Shown: positions 36,988-45,505 of the stretch, piece after piece
How positions within the stretch are numbered: the first letter of the stretch is position 1
Layout: every line of letters begins with the position of its first letter
Assembly: GCA_034432495.1 (NCBI GenBank)
Contig: DAOUCB010000168.1
Span: 5,527 to 69,526 of the forward strand
Length of the DNA: 64,000 bases
Origin: Anaerolineae bacterium
Lineage (GTDB): Bacteria > Chloroflexota > Anaerolineae > Aggregatilineales > Phototrophicaceae
Reading direction: 5' to 3'
Notes under the pieces: model-generated
The model's database searches: none
Seen by the model: the letters and a program-made list of their open reading frames with translations, nothing else
What the model was told of the DNA's origin: nothing
Translations under genes and position numbers: made by a program

Positions 36988-38079
36988 ATGCGTATTCGAT
37001 GGGCAGTTTTGCTTTTGGCTTTGCTGACGGTCTGCGCCGCGCCCGTATTCGCGCAAACCGATTTCTGGACGTGTCCGAGCGGATTTGCGGGACAAACCCT
37101 GCACGTCTACAACTGGACGACCTATATTGCCGAAGACACCGTCTCAAACTTCGAGCGGCTCTGCGGCGTCCATGTCGAGTATGCGACCTATGCCAGCGAT
37201 ACCGACATGATTGCGGAATTGGAACAGGGCAATCCGGGCTACGATATTGTCGTCCCCACCGATGTCAATGTCACAACCATGATCAGCGAAGGGCTGCTGA
37301 ATCCGCTCAATCTGGCGAATATTCCCAATTTCGCCAATATCAGCGACCAGTTCAAAAATCCATTATACGACCCGAATAATGTTCATACCGTCGCCTACCA
37401 GTGGGGGACAATTGGCGTCGGCTACAATCGGACGAAGGTTGGCAAGGATATTGCCAGTTGGAACGATGTCTTCAACTACGACGGCCCCGTCGCCTGGATC
37501 GATTATCCGCGCCAGATGCTCGGCATTGTCCTCAAGCTGCTCGGCTACGATCCCAATACATCGGATACCACGCAGATCAAAGCTGCCAGCCAGTTCTTGA
37601 TCGACCACAGCAAGAATCTCTATGCCATCGCGCCGGACACTGGTCAGGATATGCTCGCTGCTGGGCAAGCGGACATTGTCATCGAGTACAGCGGTGACAT
37701 TTTCCAGGTCATCTCCGACTGCAAATGCAGCGATTTCGCCTACGTCATCCCCGATGAAGGCTCTGTCCTCTGGGTCGATAATCTGGCGATCCCGAAGGGT
37801 GCGCCCAATCAGGCGCTGGCAGAGGTCTTCATCGACTACATTCTCTTTGCTCAGGTCGGCGCAGACATCAGCAACTTTACCGCTTACGCCACACCCAATC
37901 AGACCGCCATCAATGACGGCTTGATCGAGTCTCAGTATCTTGATAACCCGGCGATTTATCCCAGCGCCGATGTTCAGGCGCGCCTCTTTTCCAATAAGGC
38001 CGACCCAACGCTCGACCAACTTTATACGGATGCCTGGAATACCATCAAGGCAGCAGTCGGCAAGGGGACAAGCTCATGA
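36988..38079 (+). CDS. PotD-like (spermidine/putrescine-type) periplasmic binding protein, orphan
   Basis: Signal peptide MRIRWAVLLLALLTVCAAPVFAQ. PotD-like core (LHVYNWTTYIAEDTVSNFE, GYDIVVPTD). No cognate permease or ATPase genes are adjacent. The track start at GTG 36976 is also possible. Confidence 0.75.
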   Translation: MRIRWAVLLLALLTVCAAPVFAQTDFWTCPSGFAGQTLHVYNWTTYIAEDTVSNFERLCGVHVEYATYASDTDMIAELEQGNPGYDIVVPTDVNVTTMISEGLLNPLNLANIPNFANISDQFKNPLYDPNNVHTVAYQWGTIGVGYNRTKVGKDIASWNDVFNYDGPVAWIDYPRQMLGIVLKLLGYDPNTSDTTQIKAASQFLIDHSKNLYAIAPDTGQDMLAAGQADIVIEYSGDIFQVISDCKCSDFAYVIPDEGSVLWVDNLAIPKGAPNQALAEVFIDYILFAQVGADISNFTAYATPNQTAINDGLIESQYLDNPAIYPSADVQARLFSNKADPTLDQLYTDAWNTIKAAVGKGTSS

Positions 38080-39518
38080 CGACCACCCAAATTCCAACCA
38101 CAGCACCCGTCGCCCGACCTGCCGCCGCGCGCCGTGCAATGACAACCCGCACGCGCCTGCTGCTGTTGGGCGCAGTCGGCATCGTGCTGGTATTGATCAC
38201 GCTGCTTCAGGCGCTCAACGCCTACAGCGTTTCCTACGAACTGTTTCGCAACCTGATCGAAGTCAACAGCACCACCGTTGATGCGTCCGAAAGCGCGTTA
38301 CAGGACATCGCGCAGGTTAGTCAGGCCGCTGCTGATTACGCGGTCTTGACCTCGGACACGCCGCTCTACGAGCAGTCGCAGAATAACATCTTCCGCGATT
38401 TCAGCAGCTTCCGCGACGAAATGTTCATTCTGCGCAGCAACCTGCAAAGCGACGAGGAACGCACCGCTTTTACGACGGCGGACACCTTCGCCTACAGTAG
38501 TTTCTGGCGTCACGTCAGCGATCTGGTATCGCAGCGCAGCGACGATACCGTCGCGCGCCAGCAGTATCTCGACGCCGACAACCACGTCCGCACCTGGATC
38601 AATCCGGCGCTTCAGCGGCTGGAAAATCTCAACTTTGAGCAGATGGTCGTGGCAGGTAATCAGGCAGGCAGCACCATTATCGCTCAGGTCGTTCTGCTAG
38701 CGATTCCGGCAGTCGCGCTGGCAATTCTGCTGACCTACCTGTCGTTTATGCTCCGCCGGAAAGTTCACCGCTACCTCACGCCCGGCATTGACATCGCCGT
38801 CGTCCTCAGTTGGGTGATCCTGCTGCTCATGCTCATCAATCTGGTCAATGCCCCCAACCAGTTGAATACCATGATTCAGGACTCGTATCGGAGCGTCAGC
38901 GCCAGTTCGCGCGTGCTGGTCGATGCCAATCTGGCGAACCGCGCCGAAAGCAGCCAACTGCTCGATCCCGAACGCGCTGACGCCTGGAATACGCTCTTCG
39001 ATAACGAAGCCCAGTTGGTCGAACTGCGTATGTGCGGCGCGGTCAACTGCACCCAGACATCATTCATCTCCGGCAGTTCGGATCAGCCAAGCAGCACAGT
39101 GGTCAACGCCGCAAACAACATCACGACGGATAATTCCGCCAAAATCGAAGGCATCGTCCCGTTGATCGCCAACGTGACCTTCTCCGGTGAGACGCAGGCA
39201 CTCGAACAGGCACGCGTCGCCTTCCAGCAGTTTCTCGCGGTCAACACACAGTTACGCGGTCTGGTTCAGGCCAACAACATGACCGATGCGGTCACGCTCA
39301 ATACCAGCAGCGACCCAGGCACAAGCCAGGACACCTTCAATCAGTTCGTCACCGCCATCAATCAGGTGCGCGATATTAATCACGCCGTCTTCGATGACGT
39401 CGGTCAGGCCGCCACCCAAACCCTGCAATCGAACCGTATTCTGTTCGGCTTGTTCGGTTACATCGCCATTGGCATCCTGCTCGTGGTCGGCGTCTATCAC
39501 CGCTATCGCGAACTCTAA
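38076..39518 (+). CDS. 4-TM membrane protein with two large extracytoplasmic helical domains, function unknown
   Basis: ATGA overlap with the SBP stop. Hydrophobic helices near residues 27-46, 200-225, 238-257 and 453-472. The first loop looks like a four-helix-bundle sensor module. No output domain. Confidence 0.6.
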   Translation: MTTTQIPTTAPVARPAAARRAMTTRTRLLLLGAVGIVLVLITLLQALNAYSVSYELFRNLIEVNSTTVDASESALQDIAQVSQAAADYAVLTSDTPLYEQSQNNIFRDFSSFRDEMFILRSNLQSDEERTAFTTADTFAYSSFWRHVSDLVSQRSDDTVARQQYLDADNHVRTWINPALQRLENLNFEQMVVAGNQAGSTIIAQVVLLAIPAVALAILLTYLSFMLRRKVHRYLTPGIDIAVVLSWVILLLMLINLVNAPNQLNTMIQDSYRSVSASSRVLVDANLANRAESSQLLDPERADAWNTLFDNEAQLVELRMCGAVNCTQTSFISGSSDQPSSTVVNAANNITTDNSAKIEGIVPLIANVTFSGETQALEQARVAFQQFLAVNTQLRGLVQANNMTDAVTLNTSSDPGTSQDTFNQFVTAINQVRDINHAVFDDVGQAATQTLQSNRILFGLFGYIAIGILLVVGVYHRYREL

Positions 39519-39534
39519 TCCGCAGCGCATCATC

Positions 39535-39558
39535 GTAGGGCGCGGCTGTGCGCCCTAC
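39535..39558. terminator. GC hairpin terminator (GTAGGGCGC-ggctgt-GCGCCCTAC)
   Basis: Perfect 9-bp stem, followed by TTTGCTCT on the plus strand. Lies between the convergent stops at 39518 (+) and 39596 (-). Confidence 0.6.
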
Positions 39559-39595
39559 TTTGCTCTCCAAAAACGGTTGGCGATGCCGCTGCTTT

Positions 39596-39916
39596 TTAAT
39601 CCGTATGGAAAATTTCTTCCAGCGCCAGCATATTCTCGTCGGGCCGCCCACTGATCGACTCGAAATACGGCTCCATAAACTTCTGCCACATCTCGTTGAT
39701 CGCCTCGGTTTCCATGCCCTTCAGCGAAGCTTCGAAACTCTCTGCTGCTTCGAAATAGCCGAACAACGTCCCATCCTCGCGCAGAAAAATCGAGTAATTG
39801 TGCCACCCCTGACGGCGCAGCGCGTCGAGCATCTCCGGCCAGACTGCCTCGTGATGTTTCTTGTATTCCTCGATTTTGTCGGGCTTCACTTTCAGCAGAA
39901 AACCCACTCGTTTCAT
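39596..39916 (-). CDS. rhaM: L-rhamnose mutarotase
   Basis: 106 aa from MKRVGFLLKVKPDKIEEYKKHHEAVWPEMLDALRRQGWHNYSIF..., matching RhaM along its whole length. The track start at 40000 adds 28 implausible residues. Confidence 0.85.
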   Translation of the reverse strand: MKRVGFLLKVKPDKIEEYKKHHEAVWPEMLDALRRQGWHNYSIFLREDGTLFGYFEAAESFEASLKGMETEAINEMWQKFMEPYFESISGRPDENMLALEEIFHTD

Positions 39917-40019
39917 GACTACTGCTCCAAAAGGTATCTTTCGATAAGAACGTTTAGCAAGATACGCAAGCCCGGCGCTCGTGTAGCCGTCGCAGCCCAC
40001 AACGATCCGTTTTCGGATC

Positions 40020-42059
40020 TCACTCCGCGACTTGCTTCAGAATCGCCACACCGTAGGCTTCCAGCGCCAGTTCGTTCGTAAGCACCTGATCGCTCAGTAA
40101 ATCACGATAGCGCGCCTCGCCCAATTTAACTGTCACTGCCTGAGCGTTATGATTCAGCACAAAAATGAGGGTCTGCCCATCCTTAGAGCGCGCGCTCACC
40201 TCGACACCTCTGGGCGCATTCAGCAGCGCCGTGATTCCGTGTGCCTGCGCGATCTCGCCGTAGAACCGATCCAGAAAAGCATCGTCGGCATCCGTACCGA
40301 GATAATAAGCCGCGCCCGCGCCGAACGCATTACGCGTCACGACGGGCATTCCCGCGTAAAAATCGCTGCCATATGCGGCGATCACTTCGGCTGTGTCGAC
40401 GTGCAGCAGATCCGCCAGTCGTCGGCATGGATACGCGCCGCTGCGGTCGCGCATCACAATCGTGTTCGTCTGGTCAGGATAGAGCGCGTCAATTTCCTCG
40501 ACACGAATCCCAAGTACCTTTTGCAGCGGCCCCGGATAGCCCATCTCGAACGCCAGATCAGTCTCATCGACTAAGCCCGTCATCGTCGTTGCGACAAATG
40601 TCCCGCCCTGCGCCACAAACGCCTCGATTTTTTCCGCAAATCCCGGCTTGAGCATGTAGAGCATCGGCGCAACCAGCACCGAGTAGCCGCTGAAATCCGA
40701 GTCGGGAAAAACCACATCGGCCGCAATATTCCGGCGGTAGAACGCCAGATAATGCTTGCAGACCGTCTCGTGATAACGCTTGTCGCGAATCGGGCCAATG
40801 GCATCTTCAAGCGCGTGCCAGTTATCCCAGTCGAACAGGATGCCGACTTTCGCGTCCGTGCTTGCTCCGATGATCTGATCGCCCAACGCTGTCAGTTCCG
40901 CGCTCAACTGACTGACCTCGCGAAACACGCGCGTGTCCGAGCGCCCCGAATGTTCAATCACCGCGCCGTGCAGCTTCTCACTGCCGCCCCGGCTGCGCCG
41001 CCATTGAAAATACAGCACCGAGTCCGCGCCGTGTGCCACCGCCAGATAGCTCCACAGGCGCAGCACGCCCGGTCGCTTGAGCGCGTTGATGTCCTGCCAG
41101 TTCTGGCTGCTGGGCGTCTGCTCCATTAGCAGAAACGGCTGCCCATCCTTCAGGCCGCGATGGGTATCATGCATGAAGGCGATCTCTCCGGGCGATTGGT
41201 TCGGGCGCGGATAGCAGTCCCAGCCGATCACGTCCATTTCCTTCGCCCAACGCCGATAATCGAGCGGCTTGTAGGCTCCCATCAGATTGGTCGTGATCGG
41301 GACGTTCGGTGTAATCGAGCGTAAAATATCGCGCTCATTGGTGTAGCAGGCGATCTGGCTCTCGGTCATGAAGCGGAAATAATCGACGTTCAGGCCATGT
41401 GTCAGCCGCTCAGCGCCTTCACGCGGCGGCTTGATCTGCGACCAGTCCGTATAGGTGTGGCTCCAGAATTTCGTCCACCACCGTTGATTGAGTTCGTCGA
41501 GCGTCCCGTATTTCGCTTGCAGCCATTCCTGAAAACGCGCCTCGCAGGTTTCGCACAGGCAGCGACCATCATATTCATTGCTGACGTGCCACAAAATCAG
41601 CGCCGGGTGATCTTTATAGCGCTCAGCCAGCTTGCGCGCGATTGCTCCACTCAGGCGGCGATAGTCTTCAGAATTAGGGCAGTAATTGACGCGCCCGCCC
41701 TGTTCATTGCGCACGCCGCGCGCGTCGGATCTCAGCATTTGCGGATACGCCGCCGACATCCAGGCAGGCTGCGCGGCGCTCGGCGTTGCCAGCACCACAT
41801 GAATCCCGTTGGCGTGCAAGCCGTCCATGACCTCATCCAGCCATTCAAATGTGAAATGATCTTCGGCAGGTTGCAGCGATGCCCAGGCGAATACCCCGAC
41901 CGTTGCCGTCGTCATCCCGGCCTCACGCATCAGCCGAAAATCCTCCTGCCACACCTCGCGCGGCCACTGTTCAGGATAATAATCAGCACCATGCCATAGG
42001 TACGGCGCTTTTTGAGAAACTGGCTCATAGTGTTTCAAAATTTTTTCCTTACTTTTCAA
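40020..42059 (-). CDS. beta-galactosidase, GH42
   Basis: WHGADYYPEQWP near the N-terminus and LWHVSNEYDG (acid/base Glu). 679 aa with the typical three-domain GH42 size. Confidence 0.85.
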   Translation of the reverse strand: MKSKEKILKHYEPVSQKAPYLWHGADYYPEQWPREVWQEDFRLMREAGMTTATVGVFAWASLQPAEDHFTFEWLDEVMDGLHANGIHVVLATPSAAQPAWMSAAYPQMLRSDARGVRNEQGGRVNYCPNSEDYRRLSGAIARKLAERYKDHPALILWHVSNEYDGRCLCETCEARFQEWLQAKYGTLDELNQRWWTKFWSHTYTDWSQIKPPREGAERLTHGLNVDYFRFMTESQIACYTNERDILRSITPNVPITTNLMGAYKPLDYRRWAKEMDVIGWDCYPRPNQSPGEIAFMHDTHRGLKDGQPFLLMEQTPSSQNWQDINALKRPGVLRLWSYLAVAHGADSVLYFQWRRSRGGSEKLHGAVIEHSGRSDTRVFREVSQLSAELTALGDQIIGASTDAKVGILFDWDNWHALEDAIGPIRDKRYHETVCKHYLAFYRRNIAADVVFPDSDFSGYSVLVAPMLYMLKPGFAEKIEAFVAQGGTFVATTMTGLVDETDLAFEMGYPGPLQKVLGIRVEEIDALYPDQTNTIVMRDRSGAYPCRRLADLLHVDTAEVIAAYGSDFYAGMPVVTRNAFGAGAAYYLGTDADDAFLDRFYGEIAQAHGITALLNAPRGVEVSARSKDGQTLIFVLNHNAQAVTVKLGEARYRDLLSDQVLTNELALEAYGVAILKQVAE

Positions 42060-42131
42060 GATTCTGAAATGATATCCCCATAGTGCGTACTATTCTAACC
42101 TACCCATCGACGTCTCGCCCTTCCCCGATTG

Positions 42132-42157
42132 CTTTCCTTGCGTACTTTCCTTGCGTA
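42132..42157. repeat. perfect tandem 13-mer (CTTTCCTTGCGTA x2) in a divergent promoter region
   Basis: Read directly from the sequence and followed by AAT. Resembles the CTTTGCGTCTTTGCGTTAAA repeat at 60107. Lies between the GH42 start (42059, -) and the AlkZ-like start (42260, +). Confidence 0.7.
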
Positions 42158-42259
42158 AATGAGCGAAGGCAGACCTCATGCACGCAATCTACAGGCGTGC
42201 GCTTGCTTTTGCTATACTAAACTGCGACACAAGCTATCACTTTACGGGAGCAAATCGTC

Positions 42260-43357
42260 GTGGCAGAACGCAAACTCACCCTTCGCGAACTCAACCGGGC
42301 AACCCTCGCCCGTCAAATGCTGCTTGAACGCGCACCACAGCCGATCCCCGTTGTCGAGCGATTGGTGGGCTTGCAGGCGCAGCAGGCACAGGCTCCTTAC
42401 ATCGGCCTGTGGACGCGCGTCGCCGATTTTCAGCGCGACGACCTCGCTCACCTGATCGACAGCCGCCAGATGGTTAAAGCGACCTGGATACGCGCCACCC
42501 TCCACCTGCTCACTGCCGCCGATTACCTGCGCTTCCGCACGACCCTCCAGCCCGCGCTGGAAGGCGCATCCGCCTCGATTGCCAAGCGACGCGGCGGCGA
42601 CTTTGATCTGGATCGGGTTCTCACAGCAGCCCGCGCCTTCATTGCTGAAACGCCGCGCAGCTTCGCCGAAATCACCGCCATGCTCGAAGCGCTCCTGCCC
42701 GATGTCGATGTTGGTTCGATGCGCTACACGGTTCGCACCCACATACCGATGGTGCAGGTTCCCACAGACACGCGCTGGAGCTACCCTGGCAACCCTCAGT
42801 TCACCCTGGCAGACTCGTGGATTGGACGGTCGGTCTCATCCGACGCCGATTTTCGCGCGCTCTTTTTCCGCTATCTGGCAGCGTTCGGCCCCGCCTCTGC
42901 CGCCGATATGCAATCCTGGTCGGGTCTCGCCAAGCTCAAGGATGCGGTGGAAGCGCTGAAACCGGAACTGGTTGTCTATCGCAACGAGCAGAACCGCGAA
43001 ATCTTCGACCTGCCAGACCTGCCGCTCCCCGATGAGGCCACACCTGCTCCGGTTCGCTTCCTGCCGGAATACGACAATCTGCTGCTCTCTCACGCCAAGC
43101 GCACCCGCGTGATCGCCGATGCCCACCGCTCAAAGGTCTATCTGCCCGGTTTGCGCGTCGCCGCAACCATTCTGGTCGATGGCTTTGTCGCCGGAACCTG
43201 GACAGTCGTGAAGAAAAAAGGCGTCACTGCTCTGACGATCACCCCGTTTGACTCGCTCACCCCGCAGGGTCGCGCCGCACTCAGCGACGAAGCCGAGCGC
43301 TTGGTTCGCTTCATCGAAGCCGACTCCAAAGCCTACGAAATCCACTTTGCGGAGTGA
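42260..43357 (+). CDS. winged-helix DNA glycosylase-like protein (AlkZ/YcaQ, HTH_42 family), paralog 1
   Basis: N-terminus LTLRELNRATLARQMLLERA and VGLQAQQA (Q-x-Q motif), about 365 aa, typical of the family. GTG start with GGGAG 9 nt upstream. Confidence 0.7.
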   Translation: MAERKLTLRELNRATLARQMLLERAPQPIPVVERLVGLQAQQAQAPYIGLWTRVADFQRDDLAHLIDSRQMVKATWIRATLHLLTAADYLRFRTTLQPALEGASASIAKRRGGDFDLDRVLTAARAFIAETPRSFAEITAMLEALLPDVDVGSMRYTVRTHIPMVQVPTDTRWSYPGNPQFTLADSWIGRSVSSDADFRALFFRYLAAFGPASAADMQSWSGLAKLKDAVEALKPELVVYRNEQNREIFDLPDLPLPDEATPAPVRFLPEYDNLLLSHAKRTRVIADAHRSKVYLPGLRVAATILVDGFVAGTWTVVKKKGVTALTITPFDSLTPQGRAALSDEAERLVRFIEADSKAYEIHFAE

Positions 43358-43470
43358 ACCCTGACCAATGCGGTCTGCGCGTGGCCTCATGCCACAGCCG
43401 AATAGGTGTTAAGATACTTTTGATTGTCCCCACAAACTTTTTTACTTAATTTACATTCAAGGAGTAAAGA

Positions 43471-44319
43471 ATGATTCAAATGAGTGACCGGGAAAAATTT
43501 TTGTTTGATCTTCAGGGTTTTTTGCTGGTTCGCAACATCCTCACCGCTGAAGAAGTCGCCGCTCTCAACGCCGCCATCGACGCCAATATGGACAAAAAAG
43601 GCGAAGACGGCAACTCCTACACAGGCAAATCGACGACCCTCGTTGGCACGCACAAGCGCGGCTTCTTCACTGGCATGTTGACCTGGGATCAGCCCTGGTG
43701 CCAGCCCTACCGCGACATCATCGCCCACCCGAAAGCCATCCCTTATCTGAACACGATGTATGGGCGCGGCTGGAAGCTCGATCACGAGCCGTTCATCCTC
43801 ACGGCGGATCGGCAAAGCGAAGGCCTGATGCTGCACGGCTCGACCAACTATCACTTTGACGGCTCGCAGTACTACACCTATCGCAACGGCGAAATCCGCT
43901 GCGGGATGCTCGTCTTTCAGTATCAGTTAGCCGATGTCAATGAAGGTGACGGCGGCCTCTGCGTGATTCCCGGCAGCCACAAAGCCAATTTCCCCTCATC
44001 AGTCGCCCTGCGCGAGTGGGAAGAAGACCGCGATCTCGTCTACAACATCCCCTGCAAGGCGGGCGATCTCGTCATCTTCAACGAGGCGACCATTCACGGC
44101 ACGCTTCCCTGGACAGCCGACCACGAACGCCGCGCCCTGCTCGTCCGCTATTCGCCCAAATATCTGCACTTCGCGGGCGGTTTCTACAAGACTGAAATGC
44201 CGGAATGGGTCAGCGAACTGACCGAAGCACAGCAGGCTGTTGTCGAACCCCCATACATCTACAACCGCCCGCTCATCGAAGACGATGGCGTGACCGTCGT
44301 TCGCCCCCGCCGCGAATGA
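43471..44319 (+). CDS. phytanoyl-CoA dioxygenase (PhyH) family Fe(II)/2-oxoglutarate oxygenase
   Basis: LCVIPGSHK and a distal His in FNEATIHGTLPW. GGAG lies 6 nt upstream of the ATG. Confidence 0.7.
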   Translation: MIQMSDREKFLFDLQGFLLVRNILTAEEVAALNAAIDANMDKKGEDGNSYTGKSTTLVGTHKRGFFTGMLTWDQPWCQPYRDIIAHPKAIPYLNTMYGRGWKLDHEPFILTADRQSEGLMLHGSTNYHFDGSQYYTYRNGEIRCGMLVFQYQLADVNEGDGGLCVIPGSHKANFPSSVALREWEEDRDLVYNIPCKAGDLVIFNEATIHGTLPWTADHERRALLVRYSPKYLHFAGGFYKTEMPEWVSELTEAQQAVVEPPYIYNRPLIEDDGVTVVRPRRE

Positions 44320-44333
44320 TTTAAGGAATCACA

Positions 44334-44354
44334 GGGGCGCACACTGTGCGCCCC
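44334..44354. terminator. rho-independent terminator-like hairpin
   Basis: GGGGCGCACA-c-TGTGCGCCCC followed by ATTTTCTCTC. Lies between the convergent stops at 44319 (+) and 44417 (-). Confidence 0.65.
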
Positions 44355-44367
44355 ATTTTCTCTCATT

Positions 44368-44398
44368 CTTGGCGATCTTGGCATCTTGGCGGTTCAAT
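44368..44398. repeat. pyrimidine-rich dispersed repeat, family B copy 1 (CTTGGCGATCTTGGCATCTTGGCGGTTCAAT)
   Basis: 29 of 31 positions identical to 56691-56721. Lies 19 nt beyond the stop of the minus-strand OppF-like gene. Confidence 0.75.
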
Positions 44399-44416
44399 CG
44401 CCTTTCAATTCGGGAC

Positions 44417-45505
44417 TCACGCCTCTTCCTCATCAATCACACCGCGCAGTGTCAATTCGCCTGTGAAATGACAGGCCGCGAAATGTTCTGCCCCGCTGCC
44501 GCGTACCGGCAGCAGCGATGGCTCTTCGCTGCTGCATTTCTCCTGCGCATATGGACAGCGCGGGTGAAAATAGCAGCCGCTGGGCGGATTCGACGGATCG
44601 GCGACGTCGCCCGTCAGTTGAATTTGATCGCGACTCCCGCGCTGACGTGGGTTAGAGATCGGTACGGATGACAACAGCGCTTCGGTATAGGGGTGCTTCG
44701 GGTGGCGATACAAATCGTCAATCGCCGCTGTTTCGACCAACTTGCCAACGTACATCACATTCACGCGGTCACAGATGTGGCGAATCACCCCCAAATCGTG
44801 AGAGATGAACAGATACGTGAGTTGGAATTCTTCCTGCAATTCCTCCAGCAGATTCAAGATCTGCGCGCGGATCGACACGTCGAGCGCCGACACAGCTTCG
44901 TCGGCGACGATCAGGCGCGGGTTCGTCACCAGCGCCCGCGCCACCACGATGCGCTGGCGTTCGCCGCCGCTGAAGGCGTGCGGATAGCGCGACATATATT
45001 CAGGGTGCAGGCCAACCCGCTTGAGCAGATAGGCCACCCGATCCCGAATCTCGCTGCGCGGCATTTTCGTCTCGCTAACCTGAAGCGCCTCACTCACGTT
45101 GTCGAACACCGTCATGCGTGGGTTCAGCGACGAGTACGGGTCTTGAAAAATCATGCGAATGTCTTTGCGCAGCAGCCGCAGCCGATCCGCTGGCAGATGC
45201 CCCAAATCATCGACCTGCCCGTTAGCCTGGTGGTAGAGCATTTGCCCGCCGCTGATGTCATAAGCGCGCACCAGGCAGCGACCAATCGTCGATTTGCCGC
45301 AGCCGCTTTCCCCGACCAGTCCCAGCGTTTCGCCCCGTTTGATGTCAAAGCTCACGCCATCGACCGCCTTGACGTACCCCGCGACCTGCGAAAACACACC
45401 GCGCCGGATCGGAAAATACATGCGCAAATCGCGCACTTCCAGCAGATTGTCGTCGCTGCTTCCTGCCATTGCTGTGCCTGACTGTTCCATTGGTCGGTCA
45501 ACCAT
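44417..45505 (-). CDS. Opp/Dpp-type ABC transporter ATP-binding protein (OppF-like)
   Basis: Walker A GESGCGKST, LSGGERQRIVVARAL-type signature (FSGGERQRIVVARAL), Walker B IVADEA. C-terminal Cys-rich oligopeptide-type extension (CYFHPRCPYAQEKC). Start set at MVDRP (ATGGTTGA overlap with the OppD-like stop). Met 45490 is also possible. Confidence 0.8.
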   Translation of the reverse strand: MVDRPMEQSGTAMAGSSDDNLLEVRDLRMYFPIRRGVFSQVAGYVKAVDGVSFDIKRGETLGLVGESGCGKSTIGRCLVRAYDISGGQMLYHQANGQVDDLGHLPADRLRLLRKDIRMIFQDPYSSLNPRMTVFDNVSEALQVSETKMPRSEIRDRVAYLLKRVGLHPEYMSRYPHAFSGGERQRIVVARALVTNPRLIVADEAVSALDVSIRAQILNLLEELQEEFQLTYLFISHDLGVIRHICDRVNVMYVGKLVETAAIDDLYRHPKHPYTEALLSSVPISNPRQRGSRDQIQLTGDVADPSNPPSGCYFHPRCPYAQEKCSSEEPSLLPVRGSGAEHFAACHFTGELTLRGVIDEEEA

